A DNA stretch of 32,000 nucleotides from Vibrio alginolyticus NBRC 15630 = ATCC 17749 (lineage in GTDB: Bacteria; Pseudomonadota; Gammaproteobacteria; Enterobacterales; Vibrionaceae), in NCBI RefSeq assembly GCF_000354175.2, contig NC_022359.1:810001-842000 (forward strand), read 5' to 3'. The translations under genes were made by a program, and so were the position numbers. The notes beneath the pieces were generated by a model. The model saw nothing but the letters and a program-made list of their open reading frames with translations, did no database searches and was not told the origin of the DNA. Shown in pieces: positions 7,962 through 16,476 of the stretch (position 1 is the stretch's first letter; each line of letters begins with the position of its first letter).

Positions 7962-8894
7962 TTATCTAGAGACAACTTTCTCGAGATATTGACAAATTTG
8001 CTCTGCCAATCGATGGCTGGCAATGTTGCGTGTTACTACTTCATCAGCAATATTTCCAGACTCAACGACGCCAAACCAATCGAGCAACATCGAATGGAAA
8101 CCTTTACTCGTCAGCATTGGCGTCCAGTCTTTCAAATTGATTTTTTGCTCTTGGTTAGCTTGCCATAGTTTGCCTTCAACGAAGGAGTCGAACTCAACTG
8201 CCTTGTTTGCATAACAAGCTTGAACGCGCTCTGTAGTGATACCGAAGTGGCGATTCATCGAGGCGTGGAGCAAAGTATTTCCATGTTGCCACTGAATATC
8301 TAAACGCGCCAACTGACCACCTTCAAGTTGATGAGTTACATAAGCATCTTTTAGATCGGCTTTGGCTGTGACGTTAACGCTGTCTAATGGGTGAATAAAA
8401 TCATCAAATATAAAGGTACGAACATCCCCCGGTAGTTGGTGACGGTTCTTTTCCCAGCGTAGCGACTTTAAGTCAGATATGTTGCCTTGCTGCACTTGTG
8501 GCATATGTTGGTTGTAAAGTGGAATGTGACGACGGTTAAAGCCCACATAGAGTGGCTGTCTCTCTTTTTCGGCAATGTCGTACAGCTTTTCCACGTCATC
8601 AGCACTATTCGCTAATGGTTTGTCGACAAAGGTTGGAATTCCATGCTGCAGAAAAAATGCCGCTATTTGAGGGTGTACGCTTGTTGCCGCATGAATCATG
8701 ACGGCATCGACGCCAAAGTGCAGAAGTTGCTGGTAGTCTTGGCAGATCTCTGAGATTCGATACTGCCTAGCTAGGCTCTCAAGTGTGTTTGGGTTGCGGG
8801 TACAAAATACAAGTTCGATATTTGGAAGCTGAGTGATAACAGGAAGATATGCTTTCTGAGCGATATCCCCTAGACCAATAATACCAATTTTCAT
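7962..8894 (-). CDS. Gfo/Idh/MocA family oxidoreductase (MviM-like)
   Basis: 310 aa from the ATG at 8894 (SD AAGGA). The N-terminus MKIGIIGLGDIAQKAYLP is a Rossmann GxGxxA motif. The track's 342-aa version runs through the eptA terminator. Confidence 0.85.
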   Translation of the reverse strand: MKIGIIGLGDIAQKAYLPVITQLPNIELVFCTRNPNTLESLARQYRISEICQDYQQLLHFGVDAVMIHAATSVHPQIAAFFLQHGIPTFVDKPLANSADDVEKLYDIAEKERQPLYVGFNRRHIPLYNQHMPQVQQGNISDLKSLRWEKNRHQLPGDVRTFIFDDFIHPLDSVNVTAKADLKDAYVTHQLEGGQLARLDIQWQHGNTLLHASMNRHFGITTERVQACYANKAVEFDSFVEGKLWQANQEQKINLKDWTPMLTSKGFHSMLLDWFGVVESGNIADEVVTRNIASHRLAEQICQYLEKVVSR

Positions 8895-8971
8895 CCTAGT
8901 CCTTATCTCGATGTATGGATCGCGGACTGTCAGTATAACGCTTGGCTCGGCGATGAGTTTAAATACCTTGT

Positions 8972-9006
8972 TAGAAAAAGCCTGATTCACACTTTGAGCC
9001 AGGCTT
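8972..9006 (-). terminator. Rho-independent terminator of eptA
   Basis: The minus strand reads AGCCTGG-ctcaaagtgtgaat-CAGGCT followed by TTTTTCT, 12 nt after the eptA stop. Confidence 0.6.
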
Positions 9007-9017
9007 TATTGAATGAT

Positions 9018-10673
9018 TTAGGAAACGGCTCGGCAGGCTTTGAATATATCTAACTTGCTATCGTAGGCTTGAGTTTGTACATCCATAATGCCTAATAAAG
9101 AGTGGAACACGTTATCATGTGAGTATTGGCCTGCATTCTGTGCTTGTATATACAAACAGTCGGTATTGATCTGCTTCGCTTGTTTAAAGCCCGAAGACAG
9201 CCACATAATCAAAGGAACGCGTTTTTGGAAATCTGGTGCAAGGCCATAAGGCATACCATGTAAGAACAATCCGTTTTCGCCTAGTGACTCACCGTGATCC
9301 GATATGTAAATTAGCGCGGTATTATACTCAGACTCTAACGCTTTAAGTTTTTTGATGGTTTCTGCCAATACAAGATCGGTGTAGCGTATTGTATTGTCAT
9401 ATGTGTTCACTATTTGTTCGATGCTACAGTTTTCGATATCTGCACGTGGACAGTCTGGTTTAAAGAAGGCGTTGTCTCTTGGGTAACGCTGAAAGTAGGT
9501 CGGACCGTGGCTTCCTATAAGGTGCATGGCGACCACTCGGTTACCGTGCATATCCGCGACTTCCTGATCAAAATGATCTAATAGCGCCATGTCGTAACAA
9601 GTTTGGCCATTACACATAGGGCTTACTTGCTTTCGATCCACTTCGATTTTCTTGATCTTGTGGGCTACTTCTTTATCCCCACCGTCATTTTCTTTCCAAA
9701 TGAGGTCAACCCCGGCGCGCTGCATTATATCGAGAGCATTGTCCTGGTTATCCGCTCTGGCGCGTTCAAACTCGTTTCGCGTGAGCTGTGAAAACATACA
9801 AGGCACAGATACAGCAGTCGCGGTGCCACAAGACGCGACGTCTTGAAATGAGATAACATCCAGTTTACTAGTATAAGGGTTTGTCTCTCGTGTATAGCCA
9901 TTGAGTTGGTAGTTCTGAGTTCGAGCGGTTTCTCCTACGACAAAAACCAGTAGTGTTGGTTTGCTCTGTGCTTGCTGTACGGCGCTATTTGACTGCTTTG
10001 CATCTGTGCCGATTTCTCGATATGGCTCTGGCGTGGTGAAATATTTTTCCTTCACATACCCGGTCGCGCTGTAAACGAACTGGGTGGGTATGATGATTTT
10101 TTTTAGGTGGCTATTGTTGCGCCCTACAGATGCGTAGTCTTGATAGTACACGCTGGCAATGACGGCGATGACAGCTAGCGACGACAGCATCGATACTAAT
10201 TTGGTAACAGAGAAGTACAGTAATTGGTGACGTTGAGATTGCAGCTTGACCTTAAAGACAATTATCGCTGGGATAACTCCCATAATCAGCGTCCAAATTA
10301 CAGAGTGAGCACTCAGGTAAGAACTCGCCTCGCTCGAATCGGTTTCAACAATATTGGCAATCATTCCAGAATCGAAAAGTGTGCCATAGTTATAGCTTGC
10401 GTAGCTCACCATACTTGAAACAATGATTAAAATTATAAAGAACGGCTTGCCGATCCAAGGCCAACTAAATAAATTAAAAAGGAAATTGAGCGCGGCAAGA
10501 AAGAAAATTGGTATTGTGATAATAAATCCAATCTTGACATTATCTAAGTGTGTAAAGATGCCGATCAGTTCTTTATAAATAGGGATATTTACGACGAGAG
10601 CGAAATACAGCGCCAACAGGAAAGTAAAGGTAACGTAAGAGATACCTCTCTGTTGTAAATCATGTGTCTTCAT
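9018..10673 (-). CDS. eptA: Lipid A phosphoethanolamine transferase (EptA/MCR family)
   Basis: 551 aa. An N-terminal multi-TM region is followed by a sulfatase-type domain. It carries VVGETARTQNYQLNGYTRETNP and SDHGESLGENGLFLHG, both typical of EptA/MCR enzymes. Confidence 0.9.
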   Translation of the reverse strand: MKTHDLQQRGISYVTFTFLLALYFALVVNIPIYKELIGIFTHLDNVKIGFIITIPIFFLAALNFLFNLFSWPWIGKPFFIILIIVSSMVSYASYNYGTLFDSGMIANIVETDSSEASSYLSAHSVIWTLIMGVIPAIIVFKVKLQSQRHQLLYFSVTKLVSMLSSLAVIAVIASVYYQDYASVGRNNSHLKKIIIPTQFVYSATGYVKEKYFTTPEPYREIGTDAKQSNSAVQQAQSKPTLLVFVVGETARTQNYQLNGYTRETNPYTSKLDVISFQDVASCGTATAVSVPCMFSQLTRNEFERARADNQDNALDIMQRAGVDLIWKENDGGDKEVAHKIKKIEVDRKQVSPMCNGQTCYDMALLDHFDQEVADMHGNRVVAMHLIGSHGPTYFQRYPRDNAFFKPDCPRADIENCSIEQIVNTYDNTIRYTDLVLAETIKKLKALESEYNTALIYISDHGESLGENGLFLHGMPYGLAPDFQKRVPLIMWLSSGFKQAKQINTDCLYIQAQNAGQYSHDNVFHSLLGIMDVQTQAYDSKLDIFKACRAVS

Positions 10674-10694
10674 AATGAGTGTCTTGAATAAAAA

Positions 10695-11051
10695 TTAGAG
10701 CAAGAACGAAGCCCAAATAAAAAGGGCAAGAGTTAACGCAACAAATACTGCTGCTGAGCCAATATCTTTGGCTCTACCACTGAGCTCGTGCCAGTCATCG
10801 CTAACACGGTCGACAACCGCTTCTACGGCGGAATTAATGAGTTCGACGATCAATACCAAGAACAGGCTACTGATCATCAGCACTCTTTCGTATGTGGTGA
10901 CAGGAAGGAAAAAAGCACAGACGGAAAGCACCAAGGCGAGAATCAATTCTTGTCTAAAAGCGGCTTCGTGTGTCCATGCGGCTTTCAATCCTTGAAATGA
11001 ATAGCCGGTCGCATCCATGACACGGCGTATACCTGTTTTACCTGGCTTCAA
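10695..11051 (-). CDS. dgkA: Diacylglycerol kinase
   Basis: 118 aa. It is colinear by eye with E. coli DgkA (GYSxxGLKAAWxxEAAFRQE, NSAVEAVVDR, HELSGRAKDIGSAAV). TTG start with SD AAGG 6 nt upstream. It ends 21 nt before eptA. Confidence 0.9.
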   Translation of the reverse strand: MKPGKTGIRRVMDATGYSFQGLKAAWTHEAAFRQELILALVLSVCAFFLPVTTYERVLMISSLFLVLIVELINSAVEAVVDRVSDDWHELSGRAKDIGSAAVFVALTLALFIWASFLL

Positions 11052-11178
11052 AATATGACCTTACTATTTAAGCATTGGGATGGAACACATATCCCAGAGA
11101 GGTAACGAGATTAATCGTTACAGCGTGAAACATTTGTGAATAGAATCCATCGCGCGATAATTTAAGAAAAGTGCTTAT

Positions 11179-11571
11179 TTAATCAAGATCGTAGACGGTA
11201 TAGCCTTTGTGCTGGAGGCATTTACGCAATACGAGAGATTGAGTTTTGGTTGAATCATTTGTTCCACTCAAAGCACCAGCTCCAGCTCCTACAGCACCGC
11301 CGGCAGCAGCACCGACAGCCGCTCCACCTAATCCGTCTTCTAGCGCACCAGCAGCTGCGCCGATCAATGCGCCTGTAACTGCCCCATTAGTGGCTTCAGA
11401 TTTCGCTGCCTCTGATTTGTCGACATTTTCTGCATAGCCTTGGCAGTAAAGAAAGTCTTGTTCATATGTACTAGGGTCAACATTGGTCATGTCGACGACA
11501 GGTTTTTGGTTGTAGGCGCAAGCTGTAAGCGTAGAAGTAAGCGCCATAATCAGGATAAAAGATTTATACAT
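11179..11571 (-). CDS. Glycine-zipper lipoprotein
   Basis: 130 aa. It has a signal peptide with lipobox LTAC and a long GxxxG/A zipper (GALIGAAAGALEDGLGGAAVGAAAGGAVGAGAGALSG). Confidence 0.75.
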   Translation of the reverse strand: MYKSFILIMALTSTLTACAYNQKPVVDMTNVDPSTYEQDFLYCQGYAENVDKSEAAKSEATNGAVTGALIGAAAGALEDGLGGAAVGAAAGGAVGAGAGALSGTNDSTKTQSLVLRKCLQHKGYTVYDLD

Positions 11572-11690
11572 GAGTACTATCCATTTAGTGTGTGAATCTT
11601 ATGGATTAAATGTACACTGTTTTATTGTTGGGCTCTGTCGCTTGAGTGTATTGAAGTGTCGTCTTCTGTAAATGGGGTAGGAAGGATAAG

Positions 11691-12989
11691 TTAACTGTCT
11701 GATTTTTTGAGGCTAAGTGTGAAGCAAGCTCCTCCAAGAGGGCTATGGCAAATCGAAACTTCTCCACGTTGAAGCTCCATTATCTGTCTGACAATCGCCA
11801 AACCGAGCCCAAACCCGCTCGTCTTTTTGTTGCGAGATTCATCCGCGCTGTAAAATGGTTCGAATAGATGAGGCCAATGCTTTTCTTCAATACCTATGCC
11901 ATCATCATGAACATTGATGAAGCAGCGGTGCTGATCGTGTTTTATCTCTACTAAAATCTGCTTATCCGCGTACCGCATTGCATTGCGCAGCAAGTTATCT
12001 AAGGCTCGCTTTAACAATTTTGGGTCAGCAAACGCGAGAACGTTTTCTGAGTTTACTTCTTGAAGCGAAATACCGAGCGTAGTCTCTTTTTGCCATCTCT
12101 GTCGTAATTCTTTGACTAAGTTGAATAGGACGACTTCTTCTTGAGTTTGTAATGCTGTGTCAGGACGCTCCATCTTTGCGTAGTAAAGCAATTCTTCAAC
12201 CATTTCTTCCATCTCGTCAATGTCTTCGACGATACTGTAAACATACTTTTTCTGTTGTTCAGTTAAGGTTGAATCCGATAACAAATCTGCTTGCCATTGT
12301 AAGCGGAAGATTGGGGTACGCAATTCATGTGCAACGGCGTTAGTTAGCATTTTATTGCTAGTGATCAAGCGAGATACTTTATCGGCCATCGTGTTAAAGC
12401 TTTTGTTTAACGTCCCAACAGACTTAGCGCTTGAGGTACTAGCTCGAGCCTTGAAGTTACCTGAGGCAAACTCAACGGTCACTCTCTCTAGCTCTCGAAT
12501 CCGACGGCTTAAGAACCAGATCAACAATATGCAATACAGAGCAAATCCAGCTAAAAAGAACAACCAAACGATATTGTCATCAAAGTTGGCTGCTTTAACC
12601 ACAGGACTATTCGGATTATCGCTCATTTTAAAGATAGGCGTGCTCGCATCTAGGCGGAACCAGATATCCCTTTCTTCATCGTAAGCGACGTTAACGGAGG
12701 TATCACTTTCAAACGCCTTTTTGATGTCTGTTGGAAGCTCTTCAAGCGTATGAGGCACCAACAAACGATGGCTTGATGTGGCAAATTGTTCCAACTGTTG
12801 TTGAGTATATTCTAATCCGTGTTCTTTATAGATAGGGTAGATCAGATCGTGAAAAGCTTGACCCTCATGCTCTTGTAATAGGTAGTCATAATCTGTGTTG
12901 ATCTCATAAACTAAGAATTCGTATCCCCACAAGCTAGCCATAAACAGAATGATAAGGCCAACAAAGCTTTCCAGATAAATCCGTCTCAT
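11691..12989 (-). CDS. rstB: Sensor histidine kinase, RstB-like
   Basis: 432 aa. It has two TM segments, a HAMP region (NKSFNTMADKV), an H-box AHELRTPIFRL and N/G boxes (LLRNAMRYA, DDGIGI, GFGLGLAIV). Its length and the H-box context match E. coli RstB as I recall it. The start overlaps the rstA stop (TAATG). Confidence 0.8.
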   Translation of the reverse strand: MRRIYLESFVGLIILFMASLWGYEFLVYEINTDYDYLLQEHEGQAFHDLIYPIYKEHGLEYTQQQLEQFATSSHRLLVPHTLEELPTDIKKAFESDTSVNVAYDEERDIWFRLDASTPIFKMSDNPNSPVVKAANFDDNIVWLFFLAGFALYCILLIWFLSRRIRELERVTVEFASGNFKARASTSSAKSVGTLNKSFNTMADKVSRLITSNKMLTNAVAHELRTPIFRLQWQADLLSDSTLTEQQKKYVYSIVEDIDEMEEMVEELLYYAKMERPDTALQTQEEVVLFNLVKELRQRWQKETTLGISLQEVNSENVLAFADPKLLKRALDNLLRNAMRYADKQILVEIKHDQHRCFINVHDDGIGIEEKHWPHLFEPFYSADESRNKKTSGFGLGLAIVRQIMELQRGEVSICHSPLGGACFTLSLKKSDS

Positions 12990-13702
12990 TATTCATTCCA
13001 TGCATCAGGCATAAATAGGTAGCCTTTGCCGCGAACGGTAATGATTTTTTGTGGTGAGCAAGAAGCATCGCCTAGCTTCTTTCTCAGTGTCACTATGCGA
13101 TTATCAATGGTGCGGTCTGTTCCATCGTATTCAATACCACGCAGTGTTTTGGTCAGCCACTCGCGTGATAGTGTTTTTTCAGCATGCGTTGCAAGAACCC
13201 ACAACAAATCGAACTCGCCGTCTGTCAGCGCAATTTCTTCTTGATTCATTACGCACGATTTACGCAATCGGTTTAAACACAGAACACCAATTTGTAGGCC
13301 GTTTTCGGACTCGGTAGGCGCCGCCTCTTTTCTTCTTAATAGCATGCGAATACGAGCCAGCAATACGCGAGGTTTGATGGGTTTAGTAACAAAGTCATCT
13401 GCGCCTATTTCTAATGCGGCGACATGATCGAAGTCATCATCACTTGCTGTTAGCATCAACACTTTGCCTTTGTAGCATTCTCGGATTTGACGACATACAC
13501 TCAGACCATCTTGCCCGGGTAGCATCAAATCTAACAGCACCACGTCTGGTTGTGTGTCAATAATCGCATTGGGTGCGTCCGTCCCATTGTCGATACATTT
13601 GACCTGAAAACCTTGTTCAACAAAATACTCACCCAACATAGTTTGTAATTTGGGATCGTCTTCCACAATGATTAGAGATGGTTTGATTTGTTGTGCGTTC
13701 AT
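12989..13702 (-). CDS. rstA: OmpR-family response regulator, RstA-like
   Basis: 237 aa with a receiver domain (VLLDLMLPGQDG, phospho-Asp context). The winged-helix end FDLLWVLATHA...LRGIEYDGTDRTIDNRIVTLRKKL...KGYLFMPDAWNE is very close to E. coli RstA (...KGYLFAPHAWE) as recalled. Confidence 0.8.
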   Translation of the reverse strand: MNAQQIKPSLIIVEDDPKLQTMLGEYFVEQGFQVKCIDNGTDAPNAIIDTQPDVVLLDLMLPGQDGLSVCRQIRECYKGKVLMLTASDDDFDHVAALEIGADDFVTKPIKPRVLLARIRMLLRRKEAAPTESENGLQIGVLCLNRLRKSCVMNQEEIALTDGEFDLLWVLATHAEKTLSREWLTKTLRGIEYDGTDRTIDNRIVTLRKKLGDASCSPQKIITVRGKGYLFMPDAWNE

Positions 13703-13861
13703 TTAAGTGATGTATACAATATTTAATATCAATGGAACTTAAACAAATTTACGAATTATTTCAAATAAAGCTTTCTCAGAATAAGGTTATCGGATGAGTT
13801 AATTGGATAAAATTGCCAATTAATGATTTAAATCTAATCACCAATCACATTTCGAGAGATG

Positions 13862-13885
13862 CAAAAAGGCGCAACGTTTGCGCCT
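13862..13885 (-). terminator. Rho-independent terminator of the CBM48-like gene
   Basis: The minus strand reads AGGCGCAA-acg-TTGCGCCT followed by TTTTT. Confidence 0.75.
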
Positions 13886-13915
13886 AGGTATGGAATCTTA
13901 AAGCGAAATTACCGC

Positions 13916-14212
13916 TTATTCGGTGGTACATACGACGCTGTTGTCGCTGCCAAATGCATTTGGAACGTAAGCATCAGCTTGTGGGTCATTTTCCCACTTC
14001 GAGTCATCGAGCAAGTAACGGAACTGAACATTCCGCGCTTTAGGTAAGCGGGTTTTAAATTTAAACTGACGACTTTTCTTCACTAATTTCATCGGCTCTG
14101 GCTGCCAGTTGTTGAAGTCTCCAGCAATTTGGACAGAGTCCCACTGATCTTTATCTAGCTCGAACGTGACTTCGACTTCATCTTTTGTCTTAAAGAATCT
14201 TTTTTTAAGCAT
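13916..14212 (-). CDS. Stand-alone glycogen-binding (CBM48 / isoamylase early-set) domain protein
   Basis: 98 aa with SD AAGGAAAG. The pattern VTFEL...VQIAGDFNNWQP...MKL...F...L...RYLLD..WENDP fits AMPK-beta/CBM48-type domains. Confidence 0.65.
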   Translation of the reverse strand: MLKKRFFKTKDEVEVTFELDKDQWDSVQIAGDFNNWQPEPMKLVKKSRQFKFKTRLPKARNVQFRYLLDDSKWENDPQADAYVPNAFGSDNSVVCTTE

Positions 14213-14490
14213 TGATCTTTCCTTGTTCGTACAAAAACCGTTCTAACTATTACTCGTGTTTCATAATGATTTCAAGTTTTATCGAATTGTTGCTGGTATC
14301 TGATGAGGGGAGTATCCGAACGGTGAATAGCTCGTTGTGCTGGTTTCGTGTACTGAGGGAGCGTTAGAGAGAAAATTCACTAGCCTAAAATAGTCAAAGA
14401 ACAGAGTTTGTTAGCGAGCCGAGAGTCCGTATCTTGAAGTCAAACCGTTATCATGTATTATCTTAAATCACCATTTTCCTTGATGTAGCT

Positions 14491-14871
14491 ATGTTGAAGT
14501 TTAACCGTACATTGTTGACTGCGATAGTTTGCTTAGTTGCTATGCTTTTGAGTAGTGTCGCTCCTGTGGCGCAGGCTTCCGCTCCGATGAAAACAATTGA
14601 AGTACGCGATCTTATTGTTCAACAGGCTGCTCTGCACAAACAACTTGGCGTCAATGACGACTGCGTAGAATCACATCACGATGAGTCAGCCATCAATAAG
14701 GCACAACAATCTCACACGAGTTGTAGCTCTTCCTGCATGGTCAAAATTCCCGCCAACTTATCTCAAAACGACTTACTGCTTCTTCCTTATAGCCTTGCAT
14801 TGATTGATAGGCCTCTAGTCGAAAAAGTAGTGACTGTGATCACCAAGCTTTATCGTCCTCCGATTGTTTAA
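14491..14871 (+). CDS. Secreted Cys/His-containing protein of unknown function (possibly DUF2946/CopL-like)
   Basis: 126 aa with a clear signal peptide (cleavage near AQA-SA). It has a DDCVESHHDE...HTSCSSSC cluster and a C-terminal ...YRPPIV tail. The family assignment is from memory only. Confidence 0.55.
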   Translation: MLKFNRTLLTAIVCLVAMLLSSVAPVAQASAPMKTIEVRDLIVQQAALHKQLGVNDDCVESHHDESAINKAQQSHTSCSSSCMVKIPANLSQNDLLLLPYSLALIDRPLVEKVVTVITKLYRPPIV

Positions 14872-14954
14872 TTCCTCATCTCAAATTACTTGGGGTTTAC
14901 CCCTTTTTACCAAATGAAATGATTTGGCATTTGAATGCCACAAGGAAATAAACA

Positions 14955-15554
14955 ATGAAAAAACTACTTGCCTTATGTAGTGCACTTTTACTGACTTTTA
15001 CCGCTCATGCAGCGCAATTTGAAGAAGGGAAGCACTACAAAGTTCTGGATGTTAAGAAAGCATCGAAACCTGTTGTGACGGAATTCTTTTCTTTTTATTG
15101 CCCACATTGCTACAAGTTTGAGTCGCTTATTGAGCGTTTAAAACCTGCTCTGCCAAAAGAGGCAAAGTTTGAAAAGGTGCATGTGGGCTTCATGGGCGGA
15201 GATATGGCGATTCCGATGGCCAAGTCCTACGCGACGATGGTGTCGCTAGGAGTTGAAGATACAATGATTCCTGCCATGTTTGCCCAAATTCATCAAAAGC
15301 GACAAGCGCCAAAAGACGAAGCTGAGCTGAAACAGCTGTTCGTTGATAATGGCGTCGAAGGTAAGAAGTTTGATGCGGCGTACAATAGTTTCGCCGTAAA
15401 CTCAATGCAGAAAGGTTTTGATAAGCAATTCTCTGCTAGCACGTTGAGAGGGGTTCCGGGTGTGGTTGTGAACAATAAATACATTGTTTTGGCCAACGAA
15501 ATTCGTACTTACGACGAGTACAATCAATTAGTTAATTACTTATTGACTCTGTAA
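14955..15554 (+). CDS. dsbA: Thiol:disulfide interchange protein DsbA
   Basis: 199 aa with a signal peptide and the active site FFSFYCPHCYKFE. It is near-colinear with V. cholerae TcpG/DsbA as recalled. SD AAGGAAA. Confidence 0.9.
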   Translation: MKKLLALCSALLLTFTAHAAQFEEGKHYKVLDVKKASKPVVTEFFSFYCPHCYKFESLIERLKPALPKEAKFEKVHVGFMGGDMAIPMAKSYATMVSLGVEDTMIPAMFAQIHQKRQAPKDEAELKQLFVDNGVEGKKFDAAYNSFAVNSMQKGFDKQFSASTLRGVPGVVVNNKYIVLANEIRTYDEYNQLVNYLLTL

Positions 15555-15575
15555 CTATAAATAGCATTGAAGCTT

Positions 15576-15607
15576 AAAAATGGCGACGGTAGAGTCGCCA
15601 TTTTTTA
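15576..15607. terminator. Bidirectional rho-independent terminator
   Basis: AAAAA-TGGCGAC-ggtagag-GTCGCCA-TTTTTT lies between convergent dsbA and the small lipoprotein gene. Confidence 0.8.
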
Positions 15608-15624
15608 TGCTTATCACTTTCGTA

Positions 15625-15870
15625 TTATCTAAGAACGCTTGTACATGCTTGAGTCGGAACACTAGTCATAAATATGGCATGCGGATAAAACAAGCTAGCA
15701 GCAGTGATTGCAACATTACATGGCTGAGCAATCGTGGTTTTAATCACATTGGTAAGCACAGTGCCTGTATTATTTACTGTTTGAGCGGCGGCTTGTTGTG
15801 CCTGGTAAGACACGCAACCTGTCGTTGCGTTGATCATCGCAGTGCTAAACAAAAGTTTGCGAAAAAACAT
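15625..15870 (-). CDS. Small putative lipoprotein (81-83 aa)
   Basis: It has a signal peptide ending in the lipobox-like ATTGC. SD AAGGA is best spaced for the ATG at 15870; the track uses 15876. I recognise no family. Confidence 0.5.
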   Translation of the reverse strand: MFFRKLLFSTAMINATTGCVSYQAQQAAAQTVNNTGTVLTNVIKTTIAQPCNVAITAASLFYPHAIFMTSVPTQACTSVLR

Positions 15871-16022
15871 ATTCATATCCTTTGTGAATGCTTTGAATTA
15901 CTTATATGTGGATTGATTCATAAATGAAACAAAACAGTGTTCAAAATATGTGTGCATTCACGAAATGAACATTGTTTTATAAAAAGACGTTTTTTTGTGA
16001 TCTTAGTACTGGACAGACCAGG

Positions 16023-16466
16023 TTATGAAACTAAAGCCAATCCGTGCATTACGATTACGCCGAAGGTCAGTTTGCTCCTCATTCCTTGATATCCCTTGGG
16101 CTCGGCGTCTTGTTCGACTTTCCTCACGAGCTTTTCTGCATACCAAACAGCAAGATACCCAATTGCTAAGAGTAGGGTAGCGACCGCGTAATGTTTGTGG
16201 CCCTGCAGTAATGCGCCCCAAGCCAGTAAGACAAAAAGGTTGCTGAGAATTAATACATTTCGGCTAAGGCGGTGGTAGTAATGCTCAATGCCATTACCCC
16301 AAAGGATGCCAGATAAAAAACTTAATATAACGGCGCTATATGCGATGAAAAATTGCTGACCACTTAAATTGAAGAGTGAGATGTCAGTGAAAATCAGCCC
16401 TAAACTAAACACAAATGGAACCAGGCCTAAGTAACCGAGTTGTAGCATGGTTGAGCGTGTTGTCAT
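16023..16466 (-). CDS. DUF3429-like integral membrane protein
   Basis: About 147 aa with 4-5 TM segments. The motifs LGYLGLVPF and ILSFLSGILWG match my memory of DUF3429. The ATG at 16466 has SD AAGGTGA; the track's GTG at 16475 is the alternative. It abuts the gpx stop. Confidence 0.75.
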   Translation of the reverse strand: MTTRSTMLQLGYLGLVPFVFSLGLIFTDISLFNLSGQQFFIAYSAVILSFLSGILWGNGIEHYYHRLSRNVLILSNLFVLLAWGALLQGHKHYAVATLLLAIGYLAVWYAEKLVRKVEQDAEPKGYQGMRSKLTFGVIVMHGLALVS

Positions 16467-16476
16467 GGTCGTCACC

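Noticed and set aside
8895-8990. 32-aa extension of the Gfo/Idh/MocA ORF.
   Set aside because: The extension overlaps the eptA terminator hairpin. The ATG at 8894 has SD AAGGA and starts directly with the Rossmann GxGxxA motif.
11246-11437. Pro/Ala-rich 63-aa plus-strand ORF.
   Set aside because: It is the antisense reading of the Gly/Ala zipper codons (GGN/GCN give NCC/NGC) inside the lipoprotein gene. This is a compositional artefact.
15580-15927. 115-aa plus-strand ORF after dsbA.
   Set aside because: It starts inside the dsbA terminator hairpin, is Cys-rich with no SD, and is antisense to the lipoprotein ORF, which has a signal peptide and an SD.
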